Shown: positions 24,528 to 37,181 of the stretch, piece after piece
How the letters are laid out: every line of letters begins with the position of its first letter
Position numbering within the stretch: the first letter of the stretch is position 1
Translations under genes and position numbers: made by a program
Notes under the pieces: model-generated
The model's database searches: none
What the model was told of the DNA's origin: nothing
Seen by the model: only the letters and a program-made list of their open reading frames with translations
Assembly (NCBI GenBank): GCA_963575745.1
Contig: CAUYUJ010000015.1
Coordinates: forward strand, 248,001 to 312,000
Direction: 5' to 3'
Source: Prorocentrum cordatum
Lineage: Eukaryota
Length of the DNA: 64,000 bases

Positions 24528-26753
24528 ATGGTTTCACACGTTTACGCGCTCTCCAAGAGCAGGCGCAGCCGCCGAGGCGCAAGCCGAAGCGGAAGCGACG
24601 GGGCTCGGAGATCCCGCAATTCGAAGGCGCTGCATGGGGCCGCAGTTGCGGAGGCGGCGCCTGTGCCTGAGGCCGCCCAGGGCGATGCAGCTTCAGAGGC
24701 CGCAGTTGCGGCCGAGGCACCGCGTTCGCACGAGCAGAAGCTGACGGCCTTGAGGGCGGGCCTCGTTCGCAGGCAACAGCAGCGGGATGCGGCGGCACCC
24801 GCGGGAGCTGCAGAGGGCAGCGATACGGAGTTGGACGACTCAGACGGAGAGCCCGCAGTCGCGGGGCAGCGCGCTTCCTCATCGAAGGGCGCAGTGCTCA
24901 GGCCGCGCAGCGCGGTAGTTGTGCGTCAGACGGAAAAGTGCGACAAGGAGTTGGAGAAGAAGGAAGTCGACAAGGAGGATGGTGAGTGTTCATCTCCAGA
25001 TTCAGATTCATCTTCTGATGTAGGAAATACATCAGAAGAGGAGGAAGCCGGACGTCGCAAAGGCAGGTTGCGTGGAATGAAGCCTCTCAGAACCCCGCCA
25101 GGGAACGCGCAGTTGCGCGCGAGGGGCAGCGTTTGCGACAGCGTGCCCCCGCGGCAGAGCCCGTAGTCGCGGGAGGGGCGCCCCGAGGCAGTTCTTGCCC
25201 CTCGCGCAAAAGGTCTTGCGCGCGCGCCCGCGTCTGAGGCCGCAGTCGCGGTGGAGGGGCCTTGGCCCCCCCAGGGTAAGGCGGGGCCTTGCGGGGGCGA
25301 AGTTCGCGCGGAGGCGTCGGGGGCGAAGTTCGCGCGAATTGCGGCATCGCCCCGCAGGAAGCCGAGCGACATGGCGCGCGCGAAGGCTGCGGCCTCCCCC
25401 GCCAAGGCTTCTCCGCCTCTGGGTCCGCCGGCCCCTTTCTTGAGCCGCAGTCGCGGGAGGGGGGGTCGGGGCCGCAGTCCTCGCACCGAGGGGGCGGCGC
25501 CGAAGGGCGCTCCAGCGGAGCGGCCGTTTCGACACCAGCGCCCGCCGTCGCCGCCGCGGTTCCGGGAGCCGACGCACCCCGCGCCCGAGAAGGACTGGAA
25601 CGAGCGGAACCGAGTTCTGAACGAGACGGTGACGAGGGTCCCAAGCACCATCACGCCCGCGGTCAACGCGGCGATCGTCGCGACGCAGTGCGCCAAGAAC
25701 GCCGTGAGCAAATGGATGTGCAAGCAGACAGCTGGGCTTCTGGTCGCGTTGTTCGACCCCGACTTCATGGCCGCCCTCCACGGCTGGCGCGGCACAGAAG
25801 CCGCAGTCGCGGCAGAAGTGGTGTACACCGCCCTTCTGAAGAAGATCGACGCCAGGCCCGATGGTGAGGAGATCGCACATTGGGCTCGTGCCCCCCTGAT
25901 CGGTCCGAAAGGGCACGACTGCGGATTCGTTGTCTGGCGTGAGCAGATCATCTCAGAGGTCGCAGTTGCGACGCAGGAGAACTCGGAGACGCACGTCTAC
26001 TGGGTCCTGAGCGCCGACTTGGTGGAGTCTGCGCGGAATCCAAGCGCGACGATCCCGTTCGCTGTCTTCACGAGGTGGCATGCCACGCGCCCCACTCGGG
26101 CGGCTCCACGGGGGCCGCACGAGTGGGGCGCGCCCGTGCGGAGGGGGCGCGCAGTCGCGGACGTGCACCACAAGGACGTGCGCTTCCTCGTCGGCTTCTG
26201 GGATGCACCGCAGGAAGTCCTCGCGCGCTTTTACCGCAGTTGCGGAGCGTTCGGGACTCACCCGCTCGCGGTAATCTACGAGGGCTCCTCGAGGCTCGAC
26301 CCGAACCTCGCCCCTGGCAGCCACATCTCGCATCCCATCTACTTCTTGCCCATTGGGCATGGCAACCTGCGGATCGCTGCCTACCAGGACGGGCGGCCGC
26401 CGGCGCTGCCAGAGCGGTTGCGCTCGATTGGGCCCTCCGAGATCGCGCGGCACTGGGTTGAATCGCATCGCATCCCAACGTGGGATTGGGACGAGGACCG
26501 CAGTAGCGGCATTCGGTCCACAGAGGGCCTGCGGCCCGAGATCACATTGGGCAGGGTCGCGCAGAAGGAGCTCAACACAGCGACGTTCTCGAGACACCGC
26601 GTGGATGGCACCCACCAGAACGTCGCGCGCATCGGGCACGGCCGCTCGGGAGGCCACGAGCATCGCGGCAGTGGGAACCGCAGTCGCGGTGAGACGCGGA
26701 TGCCGCGGAGACGCGGATGCCGCTGTCGCGGTGTTAAGGAGCAGGGCGACTGA
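24528..26753 (+). pseudogene. Cargo gene B, unknown function; one in-frame TAG at 25164
   Basis: ORFs 24195-25166 and 25251-26753 share a frame; the stop is a C>T change inside a hairpin motif (ccgTagtcgcgg); low-complexity N-term, globular C-term. Confidence 0.6.
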
Positions 26754-27199
26754 GACGCGGAGGCCGCAGCCGCGGTGCAGCGCAAAAAAAGACGCAGGAG
26801 GGGGGGGGGCAGGGGGGGCAGGGGGAGGAGGAGGAGGAGAGCAGGAGGAGGAGGAGCAGGAGGAGGAGCAGGAGGAGCAGGAGGATCAGGGGCAGGATCT
26901 GGAGCAGGAGCAGGAGCAGGAGCCGGGAACGCAGGAGCAGGAGAAGCAGGACAAGTAGGGCCAGGCTGCGCCGCTCGCGTCCGCCCCCTCCTCTTCCTTC
27001 CCCCCTCCTCCCCCTTCCCCCTCTCATGCTCTCGCCCCCCCTCCCCATCGCCCCCCCCCCCTTTCCCCCGCGGCCGTTTGCGACCGCAGGACTTTTACTT
27101 TGTGTACGCTTGTAACATTTCGCGCGGCGCAACGCGCTGCGTCCATATTTTCTGACAGGCTGCAGGCGCGGCCTGCCCAGGCGACGACGCGACAGGAGC

Positions 27200-28215
27200 C
27201 GCAGCTGCGGATGCCGCGCCGGATTTAGGGATCTTCCAGGGGGCTGAGATCAGACGGCGCTTCAGGGTCGAGGGCCAAGACAAGGTCCGCACCCCTGTGC
27301 GCATGATCGCGCCCCATCCCAGCAATCCCCGCGGGCAGCGCTCTCAGGGCGAGAGGGTTCGGGAACTTGCTGCGCAGAACATCGCGGCGGGCTTCGCGCA
27401 GGCAGAGGCTGACCACGAAGGCGCGCGCGCTCAGGAGCGAAAACGCCTGTGGAGATGGCGCAGAGTGACGAAGGCTTCAAATCGATAGGGGAGCTCAGCA
27501 AAAGTCAAGCGAAAAGGTACATCAAGGAGTGTATCAATCGCAGTTGCGAATCCGACATGCTGTATGGATCCCTTTCGCACTCTCACCTGCGCCTCGTCTT
27601 GCGCGCAATCGCGAACGGGGCCAAGTGGCCCGCCCCGCCTGGGATGGCAATTTACAGACGTGGAGCGCGCAAGGCTTGATCGCGTAGTGGATAAAGATGG
27701 CAACGTCGACACGGCCGCAGTCGCGGACCACGACCCTATTGCCAAGAAGCTCGCCACGGAGGGGATGCTCATGGAGGTGCTTTCCTGGGAGCTCTTGGAA
27801 AAAGAACCCAGCGGAGCTTCGTTGGTCAGCCAATCTTTGAACAAGGGGGCTGACTTCCAGATGCGGGCCACTGAAGTAACAGCGCTCCGCGTTCTTTGCG
27901 ACGCTGTCGACGTTGCCCTGGCGTCCGCAGTCGCGGGGCAGGTGAACTTTCAGCAGATCAAAACAGTCGCGTCTCGGCAGCTCGATCGCGTCTTCCAGGA
28001 CCCAGACTTCGTGGAGCTCTTTGATTTCATTGTGGGCCTCGGGAGCACGAAGTCTCCCTTCATCCTGCTGCTGCTGGAATTCTGCCAAGCATTTGTGAAC
28101 TCGAAGAGGGTCGCTTTGCGACTCGGTGCATTCGGCTTAGCGAAGGGGATTACAGACACTGCGCCGTGGGTCAAGATTGCCGTTGTCATGCGAGCTTACA
28201 GAAATGCCCCTCCAG

Positions 28216-28308
<93 letters not shown>

Positions 28309-29600
28309 ACCGCGGTGCGGCGCGCAGATCCCGAAGCGCCCTGGGCAACAAAAAAGAGAGCACGTCGCGTACCTCGAAGACAACTCGGCCTTCACGATTT
28401 TCTTTCACCACGTGGCCAAGAACGTGGCGGACATGGGCGCCAACGTAGGGCTCGAATTCAAAGCGAATCTGGCCGCGCTGACAGCGGAGGCCGTCGCGAA
28501 GGACGCAAAGGCCACGCAGGTGTCGTCACTGACTGCAGGGGGCGTTCGAAAGGAGATTCTCCGCTGTTGCGTGGATGCCATAGACAACGTGCCGCGCGAG
28601 AATCATCGGAAGGCATTGGTGGCCGCAGTTGCGGCTCTCGAGGGCGCTCGCAAACCTGATTGGTTCAAACTGTCAGAAGCGTCGGCGCCTGCTACGCAGA
28701 AAGCCGCAGTTGCGGCCCAGAGTGCGAACGCAGCGCCAATGGAGGCGCTGCAGCCGAAGGCGTCGACTTTCGACGCTGCGACGCTGCCACCAATTACCAG
28801 CCAGAGCAGCAGGCCGGCAGAAGCAGCCCCCGACACCGTTCCAGTTGCCGACGGCCGAGCGGCAGCAGTCTTCCGCCCATCAAGAGGCGGGGAAAACGTA
28901 CGCGCTGGCTCCTGCGGCGGCCCTCGCTCTTTGGGCGCGCCACTTGACCGCAGTCGCGGAAGTGGGCGTCAAATTGACGCGGGATCCCTGCGCGAACAAG
29001 CTCAGCGCAATAGCGACCGAGGAACGCGAGGCGGAAGCCGTCGAGTTCTGGCCTTGCGCCCCGCAGACTTCCAAAGTGCATGAGAAGAGCTTGCGCCCAG
29101 ACAGGGCGCGCGTGCAGGCGTGCGTGAAGGGGGCCGCAGCTGCGGACGAGGTCTTGGACTCCCACATCAACCCTGAGTTCAAGGCGCCGACAGACACAGC
29201 GCCAGTGGACTTGGGGGCGCAGGGGGTGAAGACATGGAGTTGGGATGCCACTGAAAGCATGCACTGGTCTTGGGCCGTCGGGAAGTCGATGCCGGCTGAG
29301 TTGTCGACGCGGAACGATACGCCTGGAAGCGCAGTTGCGCGGTCCAACATGGGGCTGCAGGAGAAAGAGCTTGCTGTTGTGGTGCCTGGCGCGGCTCCAC
29401 TCGTGGCGAGCATCAAAGTCCCCGTCTTGGTCAACAGCACGCCCGTGAAGAAGGGCGGCGAACTTCTGCGGGAGAGAAAGGCGAGGCCGAAAGCCAAAGC
29501 CAAAGCGAGTTCAGAGACGCGGCGCACGGCAGAGGCGAAGCAGGCGAATGAGAAGGCGTCGGGGCGCCCCCTGCGGAGAAACAAAAGAAAGGTTTTGATG
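27200..29600 (+). pseudogene. Cargo gene C: ParB/Srx-like N-terminus, SET-like C-terminus; several frameshifts and a 92-nt A run
   Basis: IAPHPSNPRG...VRELAAQNIAAGF...YGSLSHSHLRLVLRAI; C-term AIATEE..FWP, SNM, VPVLVNSTPVKKGGEL. Fold calls are by eye. Confidence 0.55.
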
Positions 29601-29958
29601 TCCAGGGGAAGATGTCGCCATGATTGGCCTTGCGCGGCCGCAGCGGCGGCGCTGCGAGCCGCAGTCGCGGCCCTTGCCAGGAGAGCTTCGCGAAGTTGCC
29701 GCGGCGCTGAGGAAAACGAGCGGCAGAAGGGGGGGCGCGAGAGAAACTACTTGTAGGATCATGAGAGAAACAAGAGAGCCGCAGAGGGCCATGTGCGAGA
29801 GGGGGGGGGGGGGGGGGACTCGGGGAAAGGTAGGGGAAGGTGGGGGGGGATGAGGCAAATGGAGCGGGGGAAGAGGCGGGGGAGGAGGCGAAGGAGGAGG
29901 CGGAGGGGGAGGCGGAGGGGGGGGGCTGGGAGCTAGCTCAGGAAGCCTCTCTGGTGGG

Positions 29959-30101
29959 CGTTCTTTAAAACAGTGCCTTGGCATTGTTTCAAAGAACGCT
30001 GAGGACGCTTCGTTCTTTAAAACAGTGCCTTGGCACTGTTTTAAACAACGCTGGGGGCGCTTCGTTATTTAAACAGTGCCTTGGCATTGTTTTAAAGAAC
30101 G
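29959..30101. promoter_or_regulatory. Three internal copies of the TIR palindrome, 52-bp period; putative transposase-binding array
   Basis: Copies start at 29959, 30011, 30063: CGTTCTTTAAAACAGTGCCTTGGCAYTGTTTYAAASAACG-like. Function is inferred. Confidence 0.75.
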
Positions 30102-30268
30102 CCGGCCCCAGAGAATTTCGCTCTCGGCGGGCGGCTTGGGGGCGTCGGGGGAGGGGGAATCGCTCGCGCCGGCGCCGTTGCGGCCCCGATCCGGCCGAGC
30201 TGCTGCTTTTCTGTCGCGAGCCCGCCTGCCTCTGTTCAGGCTCTAGGGCCGCAGTTGCGGCGTCCGCG

Positions 30269-31296
30269 ATGGCTGTCTGGGAGGTGCCCGAAGTGCGCGC
30301 CGCGCTCTGCGTGACTGGCGGCTGGAGCGGGAAGACGTTGGCCATCCCAGACAACGATGTGAAGCACATCTCCCTGCCTGTTGCGGAGAGCACCGAAGAA
30401 GTCGAATTCGTACATGTGACAATGCAGAAGAGGTGGCTCCTGTCGGTGTGCTCTGAACACGCAAGGCCCATCCCAGGACAACTGAAGAGTTCCCCAGCGT
30501 GGAGTCACGCCAAGAAGGCGTGGAGGAAAGCAGGTGGCGCCGCAGTTACGGACGACGGCAACGACAGCGACTCTGACGACGACGACCCCATTGGAGCGCT
30601 CGTGAAATCTGGGCCCGAGAAAGGCTCGAAAATGAAGCGCGACCAGTCGCCTGGGACCCCAGGCGCTCGGGAGATGAAAAAGCAGTCCGCGGGCCATGGA
30701 CGCGGCAAAGGTCACGCAGTCGACAAAACTACAGCCACCGTGCTTTCAGTCGAGGTTCCCGCGAAGAGCGCCTTGAAGTACCCGACAGATACGACGACGC
30801 GAAGCGTGCGCCTGGCCAGTTTCAAGCGCAGGATGTTGTGTCTTGCTGCTACGGACCTCGGCTGGCTGCTCCAACAGATCTCGGGCGACTTGAGCGCCAG
30901 AGGCCGTCCGAACCTCATCGACGCAAACCGCGACGGGAGTGCCGTCGCGCCGTCAGAGCGCGACGCCGCAGTTGCGGAGATGGTCGACCTGACAGACAGC
31001 CCGCCTCCTGGCCCTGAGCACATGGCCCAGGGAAGTGGCGTTGGCTTCGCAATTGCCCGGGATTTCCGAGGCGCTTGGGCTGCAACCATCGCGCGGGACG
31101 GCCCGACCAAAGGAAACACCATCGAGATGGAAGTGAAGAAGCTGACAAAGAAAAGTGGGAGGAGGTCAGAGCCGCGAAGAACTACACGTACGAGTGGAGT
31201 AAAATCACACGGGTGCAGAAGAGGTAGGCGGCGATGGAGCACTTGGAATTACAGGTGCCTGGATTGATCCAGACCCACGCGGATAGCCCAACGTAA
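30269..31296 (+). pseudogene. Cargo gene D, unknown function; frameshift near 31150
   Basis: ATG 30269 MAVWEVPEV...EFVHVTMQKRWLL...DLGWLLQQI; acidic/basic linker. Confidence 0.55.
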
Positions 31297-31618
31297 GAAC
31301 GCAATTCCGCCGCAAGAGAGGGACGTGCCAGACCGCAAAGACGTGCGCGAGGTGCCGCAGTCGCGGCCGCGCCAGGGGCCGCCGTTGCGATGTCTCGTCG
31401 TTCATTGCGCCTGATTGAGGAGATCGCCGACTGAGAGGGGAACTCAGCCACATATTGGGGAGATCAGCGCGCAAAAAAATAGTTTAGTTGCTGCCTTCGC
31501 GAGCTGTGCCTTGCATTTCTTACTTTGCAACCTCGTGCTTCCTGCTTCCTCCATCGCCCTTCGCCCGTCTCCTTCCCAACGTCCGTTCCCGCAGCCGCTT
31601 CCGAGGCTTAAAGGTTCG

Positions 31619-34600
31619 ATGACTCGCAGGGGTGAGTCATGGACGCGCCCCTCGGTAAGCGATGGCATGGCCAGGAAGGCGCTGTGCATTATGAACTGGA
31701 ATGGCTACGGGATGCCAGCGGCGCGAAGCCGAGAAAAACCAGGCATGGCATAACAGGCATTTGCGATATGGCACCGTAGTGACGGGGGACACTGTGGCAA
31801 GGGAGTGAAGGTACACGCGTGCACCCACCTTCCTTGTCAGGCAAAGTGGCCCGCGTCGCAATATGGCACCTCGACAGAGCCGCCATTGTTTCACCTGCAA
31901 CCGTCCGACTGGCGCCCTGACGCCTTGCCCGGCGCCGTCGCGGCGGAGGCCGCGGCGCCAGCCGAAGCGGCGGCACCGCCACCAGCTGCTGACGCAACAG
32001 CAGATGGCGCAGTTGCGCCAGAGGCCGCCGTCGCAGTGTCGCAGAGCGCAGACGCGCCAGAAGCCGCAGTTGCGGCTGCTCCAGCGCCGCCATGCGCGGC
32101 GCCTGCTGGCCTAGAGGACGCAGCCGCACTCGGCACCACCAGAGGAACCACCTGTGGAACCTGCGGACGATGAGAAGGCAGCCGCAGTTGCGGACCCTGA
32201 CGCGCCGCCACTGGCTGAGGCAGGGGGCGTCCCTCTAGGAGAAGAAGTAGGAGAGAGCGCCGCTGCTCCAACTCTGGGGCGCCTGCCTCCAGCGCCCCCT
32301 TTGCCAGCAAAGTGGCGCGATTCTGACGTGCAGTTCTTTCCTTGCTCCGACGCGAAGGCCGCGGCTGCTGTTGCGGCGCCGAGCGCTGCGCCTTTGCGCG
32401 CGCGAGTCCCTGCGGCCCCCCTGGCGCCAACAAAGGGGGAATCTGTGACGGGGGCTCTGAAGCTGCAGGCCGCAGTCGCGGCGAGGGTTCCAGACAAAGT
32501 GATCGCGGTGTTGCGAAGCATTCTGAGAGAGGGCTCCTATGTTGGGTACTCCGCATTTCCCCTGTTCGCCATGCGTTTCAAGCGTCGCCCTTTCGTGTGG
32601 GAAGGTGAGAACCGGAAGGATCTGCTGAACTTCTACATGCCATGGGCAGAGGAGCGTTGCCTTGATCTTTGCGCGGTGGACGGCGTGGCGTGCGTACTCT
32701 GCAAGGATGATGCCGATGATGCTTTGTTCAGTGATGAGTTCACGGCGCAGGATCTGAAGCAAGTGAACGACGAACACCCAGTTCATGAGGTTCGCCACTG
32801 GGTGGCCGCAGTTGCGGCGGGCATGGTGGTGCAAGGTGGAGTAGACCCGCTGAACCAATTCTATGGCCCTCTGGAACAATTCGTCCTGGGAACCGTTTGC
32901 GATGGGAATTGCGGCATCGATGTGATGGCGTTGATGCTCGAGAAGGCCAAAGATGCGCAGTCGCGCGCGTGGATCCGCCAGGAACTCTACGACTTCGGAA
33001 TGGCGCGCTGGAGCGAGCCGTGGTTACTTGACATGTTCCAGGCCACGCAGGAGTTGGAGATGGAAGAACTGAGGGCATATCGCAGTTGCGGCCACGACGA
33101 TCCACCCGTGCAGATCTGTTTGCTAGACGGCGGTGGCGCCCCAGGCGCGGCGCCGGAACCCGCGGAAGAATCCCCCGCAGCAAGTCCCATGCTTCTGGAG
33201 GCCCTCAAGTGGTCCACGGGGGTGACAGACGAAGGAACTTTGATGGCGATCGCGAGCGCCATGCCAGAACCTTTGCAGGGCGAGCAGATCAGAGCGCACG
33301 AGGCGTTTCAGGCGCAGCCAATAGACGTTGTTGCAACTACAAAGAAGAAGGTGCGCCCCTGGCTGCTCGGAGATCGCAGCGTGGTCTGCTTAGATCTCGA
33401 ACAGCGCGCTCACAGTCGCGGTTGGCTGGGCGATGGTCCGCTTCCGCGCGGTGAGCTCAAGAGCTTTTGCGAAAAGTTTTCGTGGCCGACGGCCATGGCG
33501 GAAACAAAACAAAGAAGAAGCGTAGCACGGTGGTGGTGGCGCTGGAGACTGCAGTCTGGACAAGCAGACGCGGGGCAGACTACGAACAGACGGCGCGCAC
33601 ACGGCGCTGGCGCCATGTCGAAATGCCCGCGGCTGGAAGTCATTCTTTACTAGTGGTGGTCACACATGAGGTCATCTGTGGACTGGAAGGCCGTGGCCAA
33701 ACGGAGCCCAGTCGCGGAGCAACGCCCGAAGATGCTCGCTAGGTACACGCAGGCCCTGATCGTCACGAAAGCGCGGCAACCCTTGACGCAGTGCTGCGTG
33801 GAAGCCTTGAAGCAGGGACTCAAACCGAGGGTGCCGCAGTTGCGGCCTCGGCGGTGGTCGAAGTGGCGTCGCTCGTACGGCTTAAGCCTACGAAAACTTG
33901 ACCGTAAGTACAAAGTGCCGAAATGGCTCCTGCTGTCGCGCTTCCAAACGATGATCCTCAACGTGGCGAGGGTTCGGGCCGCCGCGGAGGAACTTCTTGG
34001 CTACGACCCACGCATCCTCAACTGGGACCAATCCCCCTTCCACCACAACGAGACGGCTTCTGCTTCGAAGCCGTGCTTGGCCAAAGGAGGGCTCGCCCCG
34101 CTGGTGGAAGCCCACGACGACAGCAAAGCCAGGTGGACAGCCAACCTCGCGGTGTCGAGCGACACGGCGGAAGTCCGCAGTCGCGGACCGCCGCCGGCGG
34201 AGATGATGTTCAAAGGGAGGCCTGCCGTGGCGAAGGACCTTGCGGCACACGTGCGAAATTGCGAATATGGTGCTTGGGTGAGCACGGCGACCTCTGAGAA
34301 GGGCTCATACCGCACAGAAGATGTCATTGCCTTCCTGAAGCGGCACTTGCGCGCGCGGCCAGAGGACCCGCAGTCGCGGGGGCCGTGGTGCATCCTCATG
34401 GCCGACGACCACGGGCCACACAAAGCAGATGCGGTCAGGAGGCTCGCATGGACACATGGCGACGTCCTCATCATCCATGGAGGGGGCACGACCGCGGCTG
34501 CGCAACCCGTGGACACGGACTTGAATCAGCACGTTAAGCGCCTTTACATGGCACTCAAAACCGCGGAGCTCGTGAAGCAAATGGCGGAGGGCAAACAGGT

Positions 34601-35807
34601 TTCGCAGTTGCGGCGGCACGAGTGCGTCGACTTGATGGTGTCAGTGCTGAGCAATGTACAACTCCACGTAGATGCCGCCGCAGGTTTTCTCAAAACAGGG
34701 ATCAGGGCTCCATTTGAGAAGTCTGGCGATGTGCATATCTGCAGGGAAGCAGCGTCGCCGTGGAGAGACGGGGGCTTGCGGGAGAAAGTAGATGCCGCAG
34801 TCGCGGATGTCAAGGCATAATGCAGAGCGGGCAGGCTCAGGTGGTCATACAACGACATAGGCCGCCTCATCCTACCCTACGAGAAGCACAATGCAGCAGG
34901 CAAGGTCCTGTCTAACTTGGGCGAGGAAGTGCTGAGCAAGAGCGCAGAGGAGAAGGAAGAGGAAGAGGAGGAGGAAGGCGACGGCATGGAGGAGAGCGCC
35001 GACAGCGCTTCCGACGAGGCTGATGAGAAGCGAGGCTGGCAGGAGGCTCGTCAGGAAGACGCAGAGGCCGCAGTTGCGGATTGCGCGCTTGCGCCTGCGG
35101 TGGTCGGGGCGGACAGTGCAGTCGACGCGCGCGCGGCCGATCAGGTAGCAACGGCGGCAGCGCTCGGTGAGACGCTCCAAGAAGCGGAAGCGTTGCTGCG
35201 GAAGGTGGGCATGGAAAAGCTTGCAATGAATTGTCGAAACCAGCAGCGGAAACAAGAGAAGCGCTTGCGAGAGTTGTCTCGCGAGGACGACGGCCTCCTG
35301 CGAGCCTTAACGGCGCAGGGGGATCGCGAGGCCACCGTGGAGGCGACGCGGCGGCGAGTGGCGAGGGAAGCGAACGACATGGCCCTGGCGCTCCGAGACT
35401 TGAGGAGGCAAATTCGGGAGTCCAGGGCCGCCTTGGGAGCGAGCAAAGAAGCCGCAGTCGCGGCGGAGGCGGCGCTGGCGAGCAAATTCGCCCTGGCACA
35501 GTGGAAACCAGAGGACTTCAAGCTCAAGAAAAACATGATGGCGGCTCTGGATCGCCTGGCCCGCGGCAAGGGCGTCCTCTCGGAGGCGCAGAGACAAGAG
35601 TGGGCGTGGTTCAAAACGAACTGGGGCGAGGAGATGAATAAGCAACACAAAGAGGAGTGGCCAACCACCTTCGCAGGATGGATGCAGAAGGTCGCGAACG
35701 ACGCCGCAGATGGGAATCGCGCGGCGCCGTCGCAGTTCGTGTACTCTGAGACAGTGAGAACTCTAGGCGGCCAGATGGCGTTGGTGGTGCCCGCTACCGC
35801 CGCGTAA
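31619..35807 (+). pseudogene. Large transposase gene: OTU-like domain, CENP-B-type HTH, pogo DD35D catalytic domain, coiled-coil tail; stops at 33651 (TAG) and 34818 (TAA); 5' part frameshifted
   Basis: ORFs 32154-33653, 33666-34820 and 34917-35807 are in one frame. ILNWDQSP (D 34026), ILMADDHGPH (D 34404), TTAAAQPVDTDLN (D 34512; 35 residues between D2 and D3); PRLEVILY*WW and WRRSYGLSLRK are HTH-like. Confidence 0.85.
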
Positions 35808-36314
35808 TTCATTGGAGCCTTGTGGCCGCAGTTGCGGCGAGGTGCTGCCGCAGTTGGGGCCCTCTCGCCGCTGCGTTGAAAAAAATCCAGCACCAACGCT
35901 AACTAATTATTGCCGTTGCGTGTCCTCCAGATCCTCGCCCTCCTCCCCCCCTTCCCCCTCGCCCTTATCCTCCTCCTCCTCCTCCTCCTCCCCCTCCTCA
36001 CCGCCATCATCGGCCCTTTCGATCGCCTGCTGCTGCTGCTGGTGCTGCTGCTGTTTCCCTCCGCCCCGCCGCAGCGCCGCTCGATCCTCCTGCAGCTGTT
36101 GCTCCGCCACCCCCTCCTCCTAATCGTTCCAGCGGCGCGAGAGCAATTCCCGGCTCAAGGGCCATCGCTCAAACTCGCCACGGCTGGCGCGGGCGCGCGC
36201 GCGTCCGCTCGGCCGCCACGTCTTCCCGGGGCACTTCTTGGCCTTGGCGGGTCGCGACGCCGACCGCTGAGGGCACTTCTCCTGGCTCAGGAATCCAGTT
36301 TGGCAGCGCGGAGG

Positions 36315-37142
36315 ATGTCAGCGAGGCCGCAGTCGCGGAGGGCGGCGGCGCTGGATCCGGCACCGACGGTTTCACTCAAGACGGGGGCAGTTGCGCTCCG
36401 TCTTCGGCGGCCTCCGCCGCAGGCGACGAAGAAGAAAACCAGGGGGCCGCAGTTGCGGCGGGGGGCAGTCCTGGCGCAGGGGCCGCAGCTGCGGCGGCGC
36501 GTCAAAAGACGGTGCGAGTTTGGGAAAACAGTTCGCCTGCGGAGGGCCCGCCAGCCGACCGACGAAGAGCAGACTGCTCTTCTCGAGTGGGAGAACAAGC
36601 GCAGAGAGAACATGGGGGGATCGGTTTCTACGCTTGCATCTTCGGGGGCACGGCGGCGAAACCGAAGCAGCGCCAAGACGAGCATGCGCAGATACATGCG
36701 AATCCCGCGCATGTCGTCGCCATCTGAGAATGCGACAACGAGCTGTCCGAAGTGTTGTCTGGGCGCAGAGACCCCGCGGAGAGCGCAGCCGCAGTAGCGG
36801 GCGACGCGTTCGCAAATCGAGATCGCTACAACTACTTGTGCGCAAAAGGCGCCGAAGAGAAGGGCTCGCTTCTCATTGGCATTCGAGACCGCGGCGGCGG
36901 TGATATTGAGTGCCGCAACTTCACCAGGAACTTCCAACAAAAAAGAAGTGGCGAAAGCAGGGGCCATCGTCAACCGATACTCCAGGGCCGTGGTCGCACG
37001 CGCAACCCTGGACGGGTCCGTCGCGCACCTGGGTTCCCACGTTGCCGCCACGGCGGCGCGCGCGCACTACAAGTTTGGGCAGCGGCGACTTCGGGGGGGG
37101 AGAAGAAGGAGAATAATAGAAAACAAATCAGAGAAGAAGAAG

Positions 37143-37181
<39 letters not shown>

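Noticed and set aside
29959..30101. CRISPR array
   Set aside because: Spacers are only ~12 bp, the repeats match the transposon TIR, there are no cas genes, and the context is eukaryotic.
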